Assembly (NCBI GenBank): GCA_003228115.1
Contig: QEVV01000001.1
Coordinates: forward strand, 467,834-531,833
Length of the DNA stretch: 64,000 nucleotides
Source: Chloroflexota bacterium
Lineage (GTDB): Bacteria > Chloroflexota > Dehalococcoidia > Lucifugimonadales > SAR202-VII-2
Direction: 5' to 3'
Below the pieces are notes generated by a model, which made no database searches, was not told where the DNA came from, and worked only from the letters and a program-made list of their open reading frames with translations. Every line of letters starts with the position of its first letter. Position 1 is the first letter of the stretch. Below, piece after piece: positions 18,798-28,330 of the stretch. The position numbers and the translations under genes are program-made.

Positions 18798-18930
18798 ACA
18801 ACCTCCATGGCGTCAAAAGTTAGTCTTTTTTTGGGATCTTGCAGCCCTGCGGCTGCGGCTTGGCTAGACTAGACCTCTCCAAGTTAAGCGCAAAGAACAA
18901 TAGAGAGAGCCGCCAGCGCAAGCGTAGCCG

Positions 18931-18962
18931 GATATATATCAGTTCAACCTTGGGCTTGTCAA
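18931..18962 (-). promoter_or_regulatory. Candidate sigma70 promoter for the SDR-M24-M24 unit, overlapping palindrome GATATATATC
   Basis: Minus strand reads TTGACA-N18-TATATA. Confidence 0.45.
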
Positions 18963-19130
18963 CAAGGATCCATGTGTCCGGCCTATTCTCCCCACCTGAA
19001 GAAAGCATTACCAAGAGACTCTTTTATAACGTGGGGCAGTACGCTACAATGCGTGGGGCCATTCAGGAGGGGCGAGAATCGTCGCGCGCCGCTGCCAAGC
19101 CTTATATCGGTTAGAGAAGGAGTGTTGCGT

Positions 19131-21248
19131 ATGGTTCAGAGTCAGGGAACGTACGTTATTGGAGTCGACACCGGGGGGACCTTCACAGACATCGTTGCTC
19201 TGGGCGAGAGCGGCGAGGTCATCACCGGAAAGTCGCCTACTACGCCGTGGGACTTCTCGATTGGCGTACTCAATGCCATCGAAGAGGTTGCGAAGACCAT
19301 GGGCATCGACCGCAAGGACCTGCTTGGCCGCACAAGAATGGTCAAGCACGGAAGCACTGTGGCCACGAACGCCGTCATCGTCAGAGGTGGGGCCAAAGTA
19401 GGTCTCATCACAACGAAGGGCTTCGAAGACACCACCCTTATTATGAGAGCGGTGGGCCGGGTCGACGGCCTTTCGGAAGACGAGATCCGGCACGTAACCC
19501 GTGTCACTAAGCCAGAGCCCATCGTCCCCAAGGAACTGATCCGGGGCGTGTCCGAGCGCATTGACTACACCGGCGACGTGCTGGTGCCTCTCAATGAGGG
19601 CGAGGTCCGTGCGGCCGCCAAGGAACTGATCGACGACAACGAATGCAAGGCCATCGCCGTCAGCCTCCTTCAGAGCTGGGCCAATCCCGCCCACGAACGC
19701 CGCATTCTCGAGATCCTTGAAGAGATGTACCCCAACGGCGACATCTTCTTCTCTGTCGGTAGCGACTTGATCAGGGTATCCGGAGAGTACGCCAGGGCCA
19801 ACACCGCAGTGATCAATGCCTACGTTGGCCCCATTGTGACCCGGTACCTGAACAACCTTGAAAGCAAGCTGAAAGAAGAAGGCTTGACCGGGCCGCTGCT
19901 CATCACCCAGGGCAACGGCGGGGCGGTGCACAAGGACCACGCCACGCCAATCGGCAATTTCCAGTCGGGTCCCGCGGGCGGCATGATGGCCAGTGCCTAT
20001 ATGGCAAACGTGATGAAACACGACAATGTCATTACGACAGACATGGGCGGCACCAGTTTCGACGTGGGTATGCTGACCAACGGCTACTGGCGCTACGCCT
20101 CAGAGCCTATTGTTGAGCGCTTCCGGGTGCTTCAACCCATCATCGACATTGAATCCATTGGCGCTGGCGGTGGAACCATAGCCAGGGTAGACCCGGAGAC
20201 CAATCGCCTGCTTGTGGGGCCGGAGAGCGCAGCCGCTTACCCCGGACCCGTTGCTTACGACCAGGGTGGCGAACGAATTGCCACGACGGACGCGGACCTA
20301 GTCATGGGAATCCTGGATCCCGACTACTTTCTTGGTGGCCGGTCCTCGCTCAACATAGCGAAGGCAGCGCAGTACATAAAAGAAAAGATAGCTGACCCTC
20401 TGGGCCTCGATGTCCATGAAGCCGCCGCAGGCGTCTTCGACATCATCAATGCCAAGATGGCGGACTTGATCCGTCGCCAAGTAATCCGGCAGGGCTACCT
20501 CCCCGAGGAGTTCGTACTCTACTGTTTCGGCGGAGCGGGGCCAGTCCATTTGGCCGGATTCGCCGAAGAGTTGGGTATCAAGCGGGCTTTCATCTTCCGC
20601 CCATCAGCTGTGTTCTCCGCATTCGGAGCAGCGGCAGCGGATGTCATTCACACCCGGATGCTCAGCGTGACCTACGGCTTGCCCATGGACCCATCAGAGC
20701 TGAACAAGACACTGAGAGAAATTGAAGATGACTTAAGTACGGCCATGGCGGACGAGGGTTTCAGTCGAGATAAGGTAACCTTCCAACGCTATTTCTCCAT
20801 GCGGTTCCGGCGGCAGACAACCGGAGTGGAGATCCCCGTCCAGTGGGATAGCTTCACTGACCAGGAAATGGGCGACGTCCAGCGGCTCTTCGAGAGCACG
20901 TACGAAGAGTTGTACGGAATCGGCGCCGGCTTCGCCAGGGCGGGAATTGAGATCAACGCCATCAGAGTCGACGCAGTTGGCACCGTCTCAAAGCCCAACA
21001 TGGAAAGCCACACCCCGGGAGGACCCGACGCTTCTGGAGCTATTAAGGCCCACCGCGATGTCTTCTTCACGCAGCCTGACCGGGGCTTCGTTAGCACTCC
21101 CGTCTACGAATACGACAAGCTTGCTGCGGGCAACCAGGTGCCTGGCCCTGCGGTTATCGAGTCTCAGTTCACAACAATCCTTGTACCGAAATCTTGGAAC
21201 GTGACTGTTGACCACCTTCAGAGTCTGGTGATGGAACACCTCGTCTAA
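19131..21248 (+). CDS. Hydantoinase/oxoprolinase A subunit (HyuA / acetone carboxylase beta-like ATPase)
   Basis: GVDTGGTFTD, HGSTVATN, SGPAGG, TDMGGTSFDV, GAGGGTIA; AAGGAG RBS. Confidence 0.92.
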   Translation: MVQSQGTYVIGVDTGGTFTDIVALGESGEVITGKSPTTPWDFSIGVLNAIEEVAKTMGIDRKDLLGRTRMVKHGSTVATNAVIVRGGAKVGLITTKGFEDTTLIMRAVGRVDGLSEDEIRHVTRVTKPEPIVPKELIRGVSERIDYTGDVLVPLNEGEVRAAAKELIDDNECKAIAVSLLQSWANPAHERRILEILEEMYPNGDIFFSVGSDLIRVSGEYARANTAVINAYVGPIVTRYLNNLESKLKEEGLTGPLLITQGNGGAVHKDHATPIGNFQSGPAGGMMASAYMANVMKHDNVITTDMGGTSFDVGMLTNGYWRYASEPIVERFRVLQPIIDIESIGAGGGTIARVDPETNRLLVGPESAAAYPGPVAYDQGGERIATTDADLVMGILDPDYFLGGRSSLNIAKAAQYIKEKIADPLGLDVHEAAAGVFDIINAKMADLIRRQVIRQGYLPEEFVLYCFGGAGPVHLAGFAEELGIKRAFIFRPSAVFSAFGAAAADVIHTRMLSVTYGLPMDPSELNKTLREIEDDLSTAMADEGFSRDKVTFQRYFSMRFRRQTTGVEIPVQWDSFTDQEMGDVQRLFESTYEELYGIGAGFARAGIEINAIRVDAVGTVSKPNMESHTPGGPDASGAIKAHRDVFFTQPDRGFVSTPVYEYDKLAAGNQVPGPAVIESQFTTILVPKSWNVTVDHLQSLVMEHLV

Positions 21249-21278
21249 ATGGCGGGGCTAGCTTAGGGAGGATAAGTT

Positions 21279-23519
21279 ATGACGACCACGTCCGCGGTGG
21301 GGCAATTGGACCCCGTCAAATATGAGATGTTCTTTCACCGGCTTTGGGCCATCGGCGAAGAAGGCCGGTTGGCAATCCAGAGGGTGACCGCTTCGCCGAT
21401 CGTTTCCCAAGGCGGAGAGTGCATGTGCTCCTTCTATAACCCTGAAGGAGTCATGACCTTGGCCTGCTCCGGGCACCTACGCTTCGCCGGAGCAACGTCA
21501 GACGCCATTAAGATGCTACTCCGCCGGTTCTCCGAGAACCCCGGGTTCTTCGATGGCGACCAGTTCTTCATGAACGACCCATATGTCGCTGGCGCCCACA
21601 CCTTTGACATGATGATCATCAAGCCACTTTTCTACAAAGGCGAGCTTGTCGGTTGGACCGCCGCCAGTATCCACACGGCCGACACGGGCGGTGTGATGAG
21701 AGGCCTGGCGACAGAGGTCTTCCACGAAGGCATCCGAATCCTGGGTCTGAAGATCGTGGAGAAGGGCCAGCAAAGAGAGGACGTCTTCGCCACGCTCACC
21801 GAGCAATGCCGCGACCCTCAGTACGTTAGTTTGGACCTTAACTCGATGATCGCCGCCAACAACGTTACTGCCGGTCGCTACGTTGAACTGCTGGACAAAT
21901 TCGGTTTGGATTTCGCTAAGGCTGCAGAGGCCAAGGTAATTGAGGACTCGGAGACAATGGCCCGAGCTAAACTTCGAGCCCTTCCGAATGGAACATGGAA
22001 GTCCAGGGTTTACGGCACCGCCGTTGACAAGCGTGCCCAGGCGCTGCGGATATTCCAGGTCGTTTGTACCATGACCAAGAAGGACGATGAACTGTTCCTG
22101 GATTTTGAAGGAACGAGTCCCCAAAGCGACGACGCCACCAATTCCACGCTGCCTTGCACCATGGCTCACTTCTGCGTAGCGCTGTCTAACCAGCTTTATT
22201 GGGACGTTCCCTGGAGCGATGGCAAGATGGCCCCCATTTCTTGGAACATACCGGAGGGGAGCATCCTGAACGCCACCTATCCCGCCGCCGCGGGTAACGG
22301 TCCCGGGGTGGGTGGCATCATGGTAGGCGCGCTCAGTGAATGCCTGGCCCAGATGCTCTATGCAGGCGGGCGCTTGGACGACGTCAACGCCCCCTGGCAC
22401 GTACTGCCCTATCAAGGCGGTCCGGGATTCTTCTACGGGGGCCACAACCGGGAAGGACTCGTCACGGCACAGGGCCTGTACGACATCCACGCCAGCGGGC
22501 TTGGTGCCGCACCTGATCGGGACGGCGTGCCTACCGGTGGTCACTACAACATTCCATCGGGCGGTATATCCGATATTGAGCGAACTGAGATGCAGTACCC
22601 CTTCATCTACTTTGCTCGAAACCACAATCGGGATGGTGGCGGATTCGGCAAATACTCCGGAGGCGCGGGTTCTTACCGCATCTACATGATCTACGGCTCC
22701 AAGAACTCCAATGTGGACTACAAGCCCTACGGCGGCGTTCCTCAAGGCAACGGATTATTCGGCGGTTACTCCACCGGCACGGGCGGCGTGCGAGGAATAT
22801 ACCGTACGGAGTCCGGCTCCTTCCTCGACAAGGTGCAGTCAGGGAACAGCTATCCGAATTTCTCCGAGGACATCATCGCCGATGGATGGGCTATAGACGC
22901 TCTTCCCAACGACCTGCCAGACCGCATGGCCCTACCCGAATTTACACTCCTGTCCGATGTTGTTCCTGGTGGCGCCGGCTACGGCGACCCACTGGACAGG
23001 TCTCCTGAACAGGTAGCCAACGACGTTCGCGACTCGTTGACCTCCCTGGAAGTTGCAGACCGGATTTACGGCGTTGTCCTGTCAGCATCAGGCGGCGCGG
23101 ATCTCGACGCCACCCAAAAGCGCCGGCGGGAAATGCGGGAACAGCGGCTTGCCACTGGAGCACCTTACTCCGGTAAGACCTCTGGGGTCTCTGACGAGCT
23201 TCAGAAGGCCAGCGGCTGGCAGTCCGAACTGCGCTGGCACGAAAACCTAGAGGTCGCCAGCCTGAATGGCCAGAGGGCCATCCGCTGCACAGAGTGCGGC
23301 CACGTGTACTGTGATGTGAGTGAGAACTACAAGAACTACGCGGTGCGCTACACACAGGACCTCAATGAGATGCCTGGCCCCAAGATGCCGCGACACGGCT
23401 TCGATGGCGTGTACCACATCTACTACTGCCCAGGTTGCGCAACGCAGGTTCGCGTTGACACCTACAGCCCCGCTCCCGGCGACTCAGACGAGCCGCTATG
23501 GGATTTCAAAGCAGGCTAG
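21279..23519 (+). CDS. Hydantoinase B/oxoprolinase subunit with C-terminal acetone carboxylase gamma-like Zn domain
   Basis: NDPYVAGAH, HTADTGG, PGGAGYGDPLDR; C-terminal RCTECGH...YYCPGC. Confidence 0.88.
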   Translation: MTTTSAVGQLDPVKYEMFFHRLWAIGEEGRLAIQRVTASPIVSQGGECMCSFYNPEGVMTLACSGHLRFAGATSDAIKMLLRRFSENPGFFDGDQFFMNDPYVAGAHTFDMMIIKPLFYKGELVGWTAASIHTADTGGVMRGLATEVFHEGIRILGLKIVEKGQQREDVFATLTEQCRDPQYVSLDLNSMIAANNVTAGRYVELLDKFGLDFAKAAEAKVIEDSETMARAKLRALPNGTWKSRVYGTAVDKRAQALRIFQVVCTMTKKDDELFLDFEGTSPQSDDATNSTLPCTMAHFCVALSNQLYWDVPWSDGKMAPISWNIPEGSILNATYPAAAGNGPGVGGIMVGALSECLAQMLYAGGRLDDVNAPWHVLPYQGGPGFFYGGHNREGLVTAQGLYDIHASGLGAAPDRDGVPTGGHYNIPSGGISDIERTEMQYPFIYFARNHNRDGGGFGKYSGGAGSYRIYMIYGSKNSNVDYKPYGGVPQGNGLFGGYSTGTGGVRGIYRTESGSFLDKVQSGNSYPNFSEDIIADGWAIDALPNDLPDRMALPEFTLLSDVVPGGAGYGDPLDRSPEQVANDVRDSLTSLEVADRIYGVVLSASGGADLDATQKRRREMREQRLATGAPYSGKTSGVSDELQKASGWQSELRWHENLEVASLNGQRAIRCTECGHVYCDVSENYKNYAVRYTQDLNEMPGPKMPRHGFDGVYHIYYCPGCATQVRVDTYSPAPGDSDEPLWDFKAG

Positions 23520-23544
23520 GCCCGGCAAGTTTCATCGCAAGTTT

Positions 23545-23584
23545 GGCAGGAAAGCCCTCATTGAGAAATGAGGGCTTTCCTGCC
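23545..23584. other. Perfect 18-bp hairpin with GAGA tetraloop and no U-tract
   Basis: GGCAGGAAAGCCCTCATT-GAGA-AATGAGGGCTTTCCTGCC. Confidence 0.7.
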
Positions 23585-23677
23585 CATAGAGCAGGCGCAT
23601 ATCCTGGTTAGAGGGGCTTCCCCCTTTAACGACCGCAGTCAGTTCGGGGTGCAGCCCCAAAGGAGGACGACCACATC

Positions 23678-24853
23678 GTGACAACAAATCTCAGCGGCAA
23701 ATATGCCATCGTCGGTGTGGGCCAGAGCGCCATCGGCCAGGTCGGAGGCGTCAGCAGCACCAACCTTCTGGCAATCGCCATGAAGAACGCCATTGAGGAC
23801 GCCGGCCTCACCAATAAAGACATCGACGGCCTCGTTTCTCGCGGCACTGACGAGATCTACTGCCATCACCAGAAGATGGGCGAGTTGATGGGCATGAACG
23901 TGTCCTACAGCAACTCCCTGGACAGTGGCGGGGCTTCCCAGATTATGGCCATTATGCTTGCGTGCCAGGCCATCGAAACAGGTCTGTGCAACACCGTAGT
24001 ATGTGGCTATGGGCGGGACACCTGGTCTCGCACCCGGTCACCCCGGTCCAAGATGGCGGTCGATATGGTCTCGCAGTCGCAGTTAGGTCTGGAATTCGGG
24101 CCGGAATTCGGGATACTCGGCGCTCCCGTCGACTACGCCTTTGCCCTAAGCCGCCACCAAGCCCTGTACGGCACCACCAAGGAACAACTCGGCCACATAG
24201 CCGTGACCCTTCGCAAGCACGCCTCAAAGAATCCTCTCGCACAGATGCAGACGCCAATCACTATGGACGACTACGCCAACGCTCGCTGGATCGTGGAGCC
24301 TCTGAACCTGTTGGATTGCAGCCTTCTGAGCGATGGCGCGGGCGCCGTGGTAGTAACCACAGCCGAGCGGGCCAAAGACCTGAAGCAGCCTCCCGCCTAC
24401 ATCTTGGGATTCGGCTCTCACAACAACTTGCGCGGCTGGTACCACAACGACCACATGACCAACACCGCGGCCATCCAGAGTTCGCAGGCCGCTTACCGCA
24501 TGGCAGGGCTGGGTCCCAAGGATATCGATACTGCCCAGCTCTACGACTGTTTCACCTACATGCTCATGGCCGAACTTGAAGACTACGGCTTCTGCAAGAA
24601 GGGAGAGGGAGGCCCATTCGTGGCCTCGGGAGCGTTGGACCTAGACGGAGAAATCCCGACGAATACTTCGGGAGGACAGCTCTCCGAAGCCCACGTTGAG
24701 GGGATGCTCCAAATCCTGGAAGGCGCTCGTCAGCTACGGCACCAATACCCCATCGAGCGCCAGGTCCCCAACGCCGAAGTAGCCCTGATAAGCGGCCACG
24801 GTGGCCGTACCGTTTGTCATTCCACTCTTATTCTGGGGAGGCAACCGTCATGA
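23678..24853 (+). CDS. Thiolase-superfamily protein (Ltp2/SCPx-like)
   Basis: AIVGVG, DCSLLSDGAGA, LYDCF, NTSGGQLSEAH; GGAS where thiolases have the catalytic Cys. Confidence 0.85.
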   Translation: MTTNLSGKYAIVGVGQSAIGQVGGVSSTNLLAIAMKNAIEDAGLTNKDIDGLVSRGTDEIYCHHQKMGELMGMNVSYSNSLDSGGASQIMAIMLACQAIETGLCNTVVCGYGRDTWSRTRSPRSKMAVDMVSQSQLGLEFGPEFGILGAPVDYAFALSRHQALYGTTKEQLGHIAVTLRKHASKNPLAQMQTPITMDDYANARWIVEPLNLLDCSLLSDGAGAVVVTTAERAKDLKQPPAYILGFGSHNNLRGWYHNDHMTNTAAIQSSQAAYRMAGLGPKDIDTAQLYDCFTYMLMAELEDYGFCKKGEGGPFVASGALDLDGEIPTNTSGGQLSEAHVEGMLQILEGARQLRHQYPIERQVPNAEVALISGHGGRTVCHSTLILGRQPS

Positions 24854-25266
24854 CCGAAGCGAACACCTACAACAAGCCCCTACCTGTCCCCTCGCCGGAG
24901 ACGGAGGCATTTTGGGAAGGGTGCAAGCGGCATGAGCTGCTGATACCTCGTTGCGACAAATGTGGATCGCATTGGTTCCCCCCTAGTATCCTGTGCCCTG
25001 AGTGCTTGAGCACGGAATGGCAGTGGGTAAAGGCCAGCGGCAAAGGGAAGGTCTTCGCTTTCGGCGTGTACCACCGTGTGTACCACCAGGGCTTCAAAGA
25101 AGAGGTTCCCTACACCGTCGCCGTCGTGGAGCTAGAAGAGGGCCCCCGGATGGTCAGCAACGTCACAGGCATCCCGCCAACTGACGTTAAGGTGGACATG
25201 CCAGTCGAAGTCTACTTCGACGATGTTACACCCGAGGCTACCTTGTACAAGTTCAAGCCTGCCTAG
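24850..25266 (+). CDS. DUF35 Zn-ribbon/OB-fold protein
   Basis: FWEG, RCDKCG...CPEC, ELEEGPRMVSN; ATGA overlap with the thiolase-like gene. Confidence 0.9.
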   Translation: MTEANTYNKPLPVPSPETEAFWEGCKRHELLIPRCDKCGSHWFPPSILCPECLSTEWQWVKASGKGKVFAFGVYHRVYHQGFKEEVPYTVAVVELEEGPRMVSNVTGIPPTDVKVDMPVEVYFDDVTPEATLYKFKPA

Positions 25267-25286
25267 ATCTCCCTACGCTCTGAATG

Positions 25287-25324
25287 AGAAAACGGCCCCG
25301 GCGCAATCGCCGGGGCCGTTTTCC
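25287..25324. terminator. Intrinsic terminator
   Basis: gaaaacggccccggc-gcaatc-gccggggccgttttc. Confidence 0.8.
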
Positions 25325-25371
25325 CGTACTTTCGAAGGTTGCTCTGGCGACAACCCGAAATGCTGACGCCC

Positions 25372-25710
25372 CTACTTCACCTTTGTTGGCCTGCGAGGCC
25401 TGATGGCCTCCACCAACGTCGCTGGCGCGCCCAGGTAGACGCTCACCTCGGCGTGGGGAAAGTAGAGTTCCAGGCTGCCCTCCAACTCCATTTCCACTGT
25501 CTGAGCGTAGGGAACATGGCCTGACTCCTCTGGAGGTCCTTCGTGGGGGCATTCCTCACCGCGGTCCGTCTGAGGGCAGGTGTGACGGCCCCCTGCCTGG
25601 GCGTCCCAGTAGGCCACCAAGCGAAACGGGTGATACAACGCCTCGGCTACATTCCGCAGATCAGCGACAATCTCGCTGGCCCGGGAAGAGCCTGCACTCT
25701 CGAGAAGCAC
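25372..25710 (-). CDS. Hypothetical protein directly downstream of tRNA-Sec
   Basis: Open frame with globular-looking sequence; start uncertain (GTG 25710). The longer track ORF overlaps the tRNA. Confidence 0.5.
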   Translation of the reverse strand: MLLESAGSSRASEIVADLRNVAEALYHPFRLVAYWDAQAGGRHTCPQTDRGEECPHEGPPEESGHVPYAQTVEMELEGSLELYFPHAEVSVYLGAPATLVEAIRPRRPTKVK

Positions 25711-25752
25711 GGTTATTCGCTCTATAGCGGTATCTCGGGGCCTGTGATGGTT

Positions 25753-25851
25753 TGGCGGGAGCGGGAGGGAGTCGAACCCACCACGGACTGCGCAGGCAGC
25801 CCGCCATCCGGGTTTGAAGCCCGTGGGGCCCACCGGGACCCATCCGCCCCC
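25753..25851 (-). tRNA. selC: tRNA-Sec (anticodon UCA)
   Basis: 8-bp acceptor GGGGGCGG/CCGCTCCC plus GCCA end; 6-bp D stem GGGTCC/GGGCCC; anticodon loop CT-TCA-AA; long variable arm GCGGGCTGC/GCAGTCCGT; GGTTCGACT T loop. Confidence 0.93.
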
Positions 25852-25872
25852 AAAGGGTTGTGAATGACAAGA

Positions 25873-25911
25873 ATAGGCCCCCTGAAGCTGTTCCACAACC
25901 AGGGGGCCTAT
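25873..25911. other. Hairpin between trxA and selC (weak terminator or processing site)
   Basis: ATAGGCCCCCTG-N15-CAGGGGGCCTAT. Confidence 0.55.
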
Positions 25912-25928
25912 CTTCTCTAAGTCGCTGG

Positions 25929-26258
25929 CTAGCTGGCCAGTGCCGCCTCAAGCCGCTTCTTTATCTCGGCCTTGGGGACTGCACCGATGACTTGGTCTAC
26001 CGGCTTGCCGTCCTTGAACACCAGCAGCGTAGGAATGCTGCGGATCCCGAACGTCGTTGCAATCATCGGGTTGAAGTCGACATTCAGTTTAGTGAAGTCA
26101 ACCTTACCTTCGTACTCCGCGGCCAACTCTTCAATGATTGGAGCGACCATGCGACAAGGTCCGCACCATTCGGCCCAAAAGTCCACCAAAACGGGCCTCC
26201 CCGCCTGAATGACCTTCTCGTCGAAATCTTGGTCGGACACTTCAAATGGCTTCGTCAT
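25929..26258 (-). CDS. trxA: Thioredoxin
   Basis: [18 protein letters not shown]. Confidence 0.96.
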   Translation of the reverse strand: MTKPFEVSDQDFDEKVIQAGRPVLVDFWAEWCGPCRMVAPIIEELAAEYEGKVDFTKLNVDFNPMIATTFGIRSIPTLLVFKDGKPVDQVIGAVPKAEIKKRLEAALAS

Positions 26259-26378
26259 CCTTCCTCCTTCAAACTCTGCTACTCAACCCTTTCGAGCCTA
26301 GCACCCATTGAGATGCTGGAGTCGCAGGAATCGATGCGGAATCTTTGACCCGCAAAATCGATTGTACGCCTCAGCACA

Positions 26379-27032
26379 TCATTGAATCAATGACCCCGTG
26401 AGCACAATTGCCAGGGCACCCGCGAGCGGTATCCAGATGTTGTCATCGATCGGAAGCGGTGCAAGTTCTGCCAGCGCCGCTGATCCAGAGCCAGCCGCAG
26501 CCATCCAGGGGCTGTCGAGCTTCCCTGCCCAAAAGAGGGCGAGGCCCACCGCCAAGGCGATCCCGAAAAAGGCCAGTGTCCCCTCGATCGACTTCTGGCC
26601 TATCCGTCGCCTTCCGTAGCGTTGTCCTACAAGACTGGCGGCAGGGTCGCCCACGGTCAAGAAAAGGATGGCGGCGGCGGCAACATCCCTTTCGAAAACC
26701 AACAGACAAAGCGCAACGGCCAGCAGCATGTAGGAGGCGCCGGTGACCCGTTTGCTCTTCTCTGAGGCCTTCATCAGCGGTTGAAACCATCGCAGCACGT
26801 GGCGATTGATCTGTGGGCTGATCAGACGGGCGACGTCCAGAGAGACAAATCCCAAAGCGAGGACGACAACAACGGCGCGAACCCAAGGAATAGGAGCGAA
26901 CAAGGCGGCCGCAGCAATGCCGCCACCCAAGCCCACGTGAATGACCCGGCGCATCGGGGCAACCATCTTAGCGTTGCGGCTTTTGGGAGTGAACTCAGCC
27001 TCAGTCATAGTAGACCAGAGGCCACCTGGCAT
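26379..27032 (-). CDS. Phytol/dolichol/diacylglycerol kinase family (CTP-dependent) membrane protein
   Basis: RRVIH, GDPAASLVG, KSIEGT, AELAPLPIDDN. Confidence 0.82.
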   Translation of the reverse strand: MPGGLWSTMTEAEFTPKSRNAKMVAPMRRVIHVGLGGGIAAAALFAPIPWVRAVVVVLALGFVSLDVARLISPQINRHVLRWFQPLMKASEKSKRVTGASYMLLAVALCLLVFERDVAAAAILFLTVGDPAASLVGQRYGRRRIGQKSIEGTLAFFGIALAVGLALFWAGKLDSPWMAAAGSGSAALAELAPLPIDDNIWIPLAGALAIVLTGSLIQ

Positions 27033-28229
27033 CTACCGGGAGAAGGATGAGGAACCTAGCGCCCTGAGCCGGGCGACAAGCTTGGGAAGGACAGAAAGGA
27101 CGTGGTCCATCTCTTCTTCCGTGTTGGCGCCACCTAAGGTCAACCGAAGGCTTGAGCGCGCTTGATCAGCGGAAAGGCCAAGCGCCAACAGAACATGGGA
27201 AGGTTCCAATGAAGCGCTGGTGCAGGCGCTGCCACTAGAGGCAGCGATTCCCTCCAAGTCCAGACCCAGCAACACCGGTTCAGCCTCTACACGGCCAAAG
27301 CTGAAGTTGACGTTGTTGGCCAGACGCTCAGTAGGGTGCCCGTTGAGGCGGGCTTCTGGAACGCTATCCTGGATTTGGGCTATGAGTCTCTCTCTAAGCT
27401 GTAGGCAGTGAGCGACGGTAGACTCTCGTTCGGCGTCAGCTCTCTCAAGCGCTAGAGCCGCTCCAACAATACCTGGAACGTTTTCCGTGCCTGCTCGCCG
27501 TTGCCGCTCTTGGCCCCCGCCCAAGTGTTGTGGCTCGAAGGGTGTTCTGCGCCGCAAATAGAGAAGGCCAACGCCCTTCGGCCCATAGAACTTATGGGCA
27601 GAGAGACTTAGAAGGTCGACACCCAGCTGGTCCACGTTAACGTCCAGAAAGCCAGGTCCCTGCACTGCATCTGTATGCACGACGATGGAGCGCTTCAACT
27701 CTTGGGCCCGTTGCTTGACTCGCCTAGATATCGCCCCAACGGGCTGAACAGTGCCAATCTCGTTGTTGGCTAGCATGACGCTGACCATGATCGTCTGGTC
27801 TGTTATCGCTTCGACCAACGCCTCAACGTCCACAAGGCCCTGCCGGTCCACGGCAAGGTAGGTTACTCGGAACCCCATTCCCTCTAGCCAGTGGCAGGCG
27901 TGGAGCACGGCATGGTGCTCAATGTTCGTAGTAATGATGTGGTTGCCGCTCTGTCTGAGAGCGAGAGCCGCCCCCCGCAATGCGGTGTTGTCCGACTCTG
28001 TGCCGCCGCTGGTAAAAATAACCTCGCTTGACCGGCAGCCAAGCACCTTTGCCACCCGGTCCCTGGCCTCATCCACGGCCATGCGGGACTTCTGAGCCAA
28101 CGTGTAGAGGCTAGAGGGGTTGCCGAAGCTGCCCGTGAAATACGGCAGCATGGCTTCGAGGACTTGCGGGTCAACGGGCGTCGTTGCCGCGTGGTCTAGA
28201 TAGATAGGTTCTTTGGGTGAGGGGGCCAT
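27033..28229 (-). CDS. iscS: Cysteine desulfurase (IscS/NifS)
   Basis: [43 protein letters not shown]. Confidence 0.95.
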   Translation of the reverse strand: MAPSPKEPIYLDHAATTPVDPQVLEAMLPYFTGSFGNPSSLYTLAQKSRMAVDEARDRVAKVLGCRSSEVIFTSGGTESDNTALRGAALALRQSGNHIITTNIEHHAVLHACHWLEGMGFRVTYLAVDRQGLVDVEALVEAITDQTIMVSVMLANNEIGTVQPVGAISRRVKQRAQELKRSIVVHTDAVQGPGFLDVNVDQLGVDLLSLSAHKFYGPKGVGLLYLRRRTPFEPQHLGGGQERQRRAGTENVPGIVGAALALERADAERESTVAHCLQLRERLIAQIQDSVPEARLNGHPTERLANNVNFSFGRVEAEPVLLGLDLEGIAASSGSACTSASLEPSHVLLALGLSADQARSSLRLTLGGANTEEEMDHVLSVLPKLVARLRALGSSSFSR

Positions 28230-28330
28230 CGACGAGACTCTCCACAGGCAAGCTAGCTGGTGAATCCTATCTTACCATCATGCACTGGCCCACCCCCCGC
28301 TTGTTCCTGTGCCCACCGACGCGCCCCCCT

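Noticed and set aside
19044-22745. Long antisense ORFs (325 aa and 409 aa; similar ones at 33924-34826 and 43004-43765)
   Set aside because: Shadow frames of GC-rich genes with clear family motifs on the other strand; no RBS or recognisable motifs
25372-25896. 174-aa track ORF and the antisense ORFs at 25543-25863 and 25661-25951
   Set aside because: They overlap tRNA-Sec; only the part downstream of the tRNA is kept as a possible CDS
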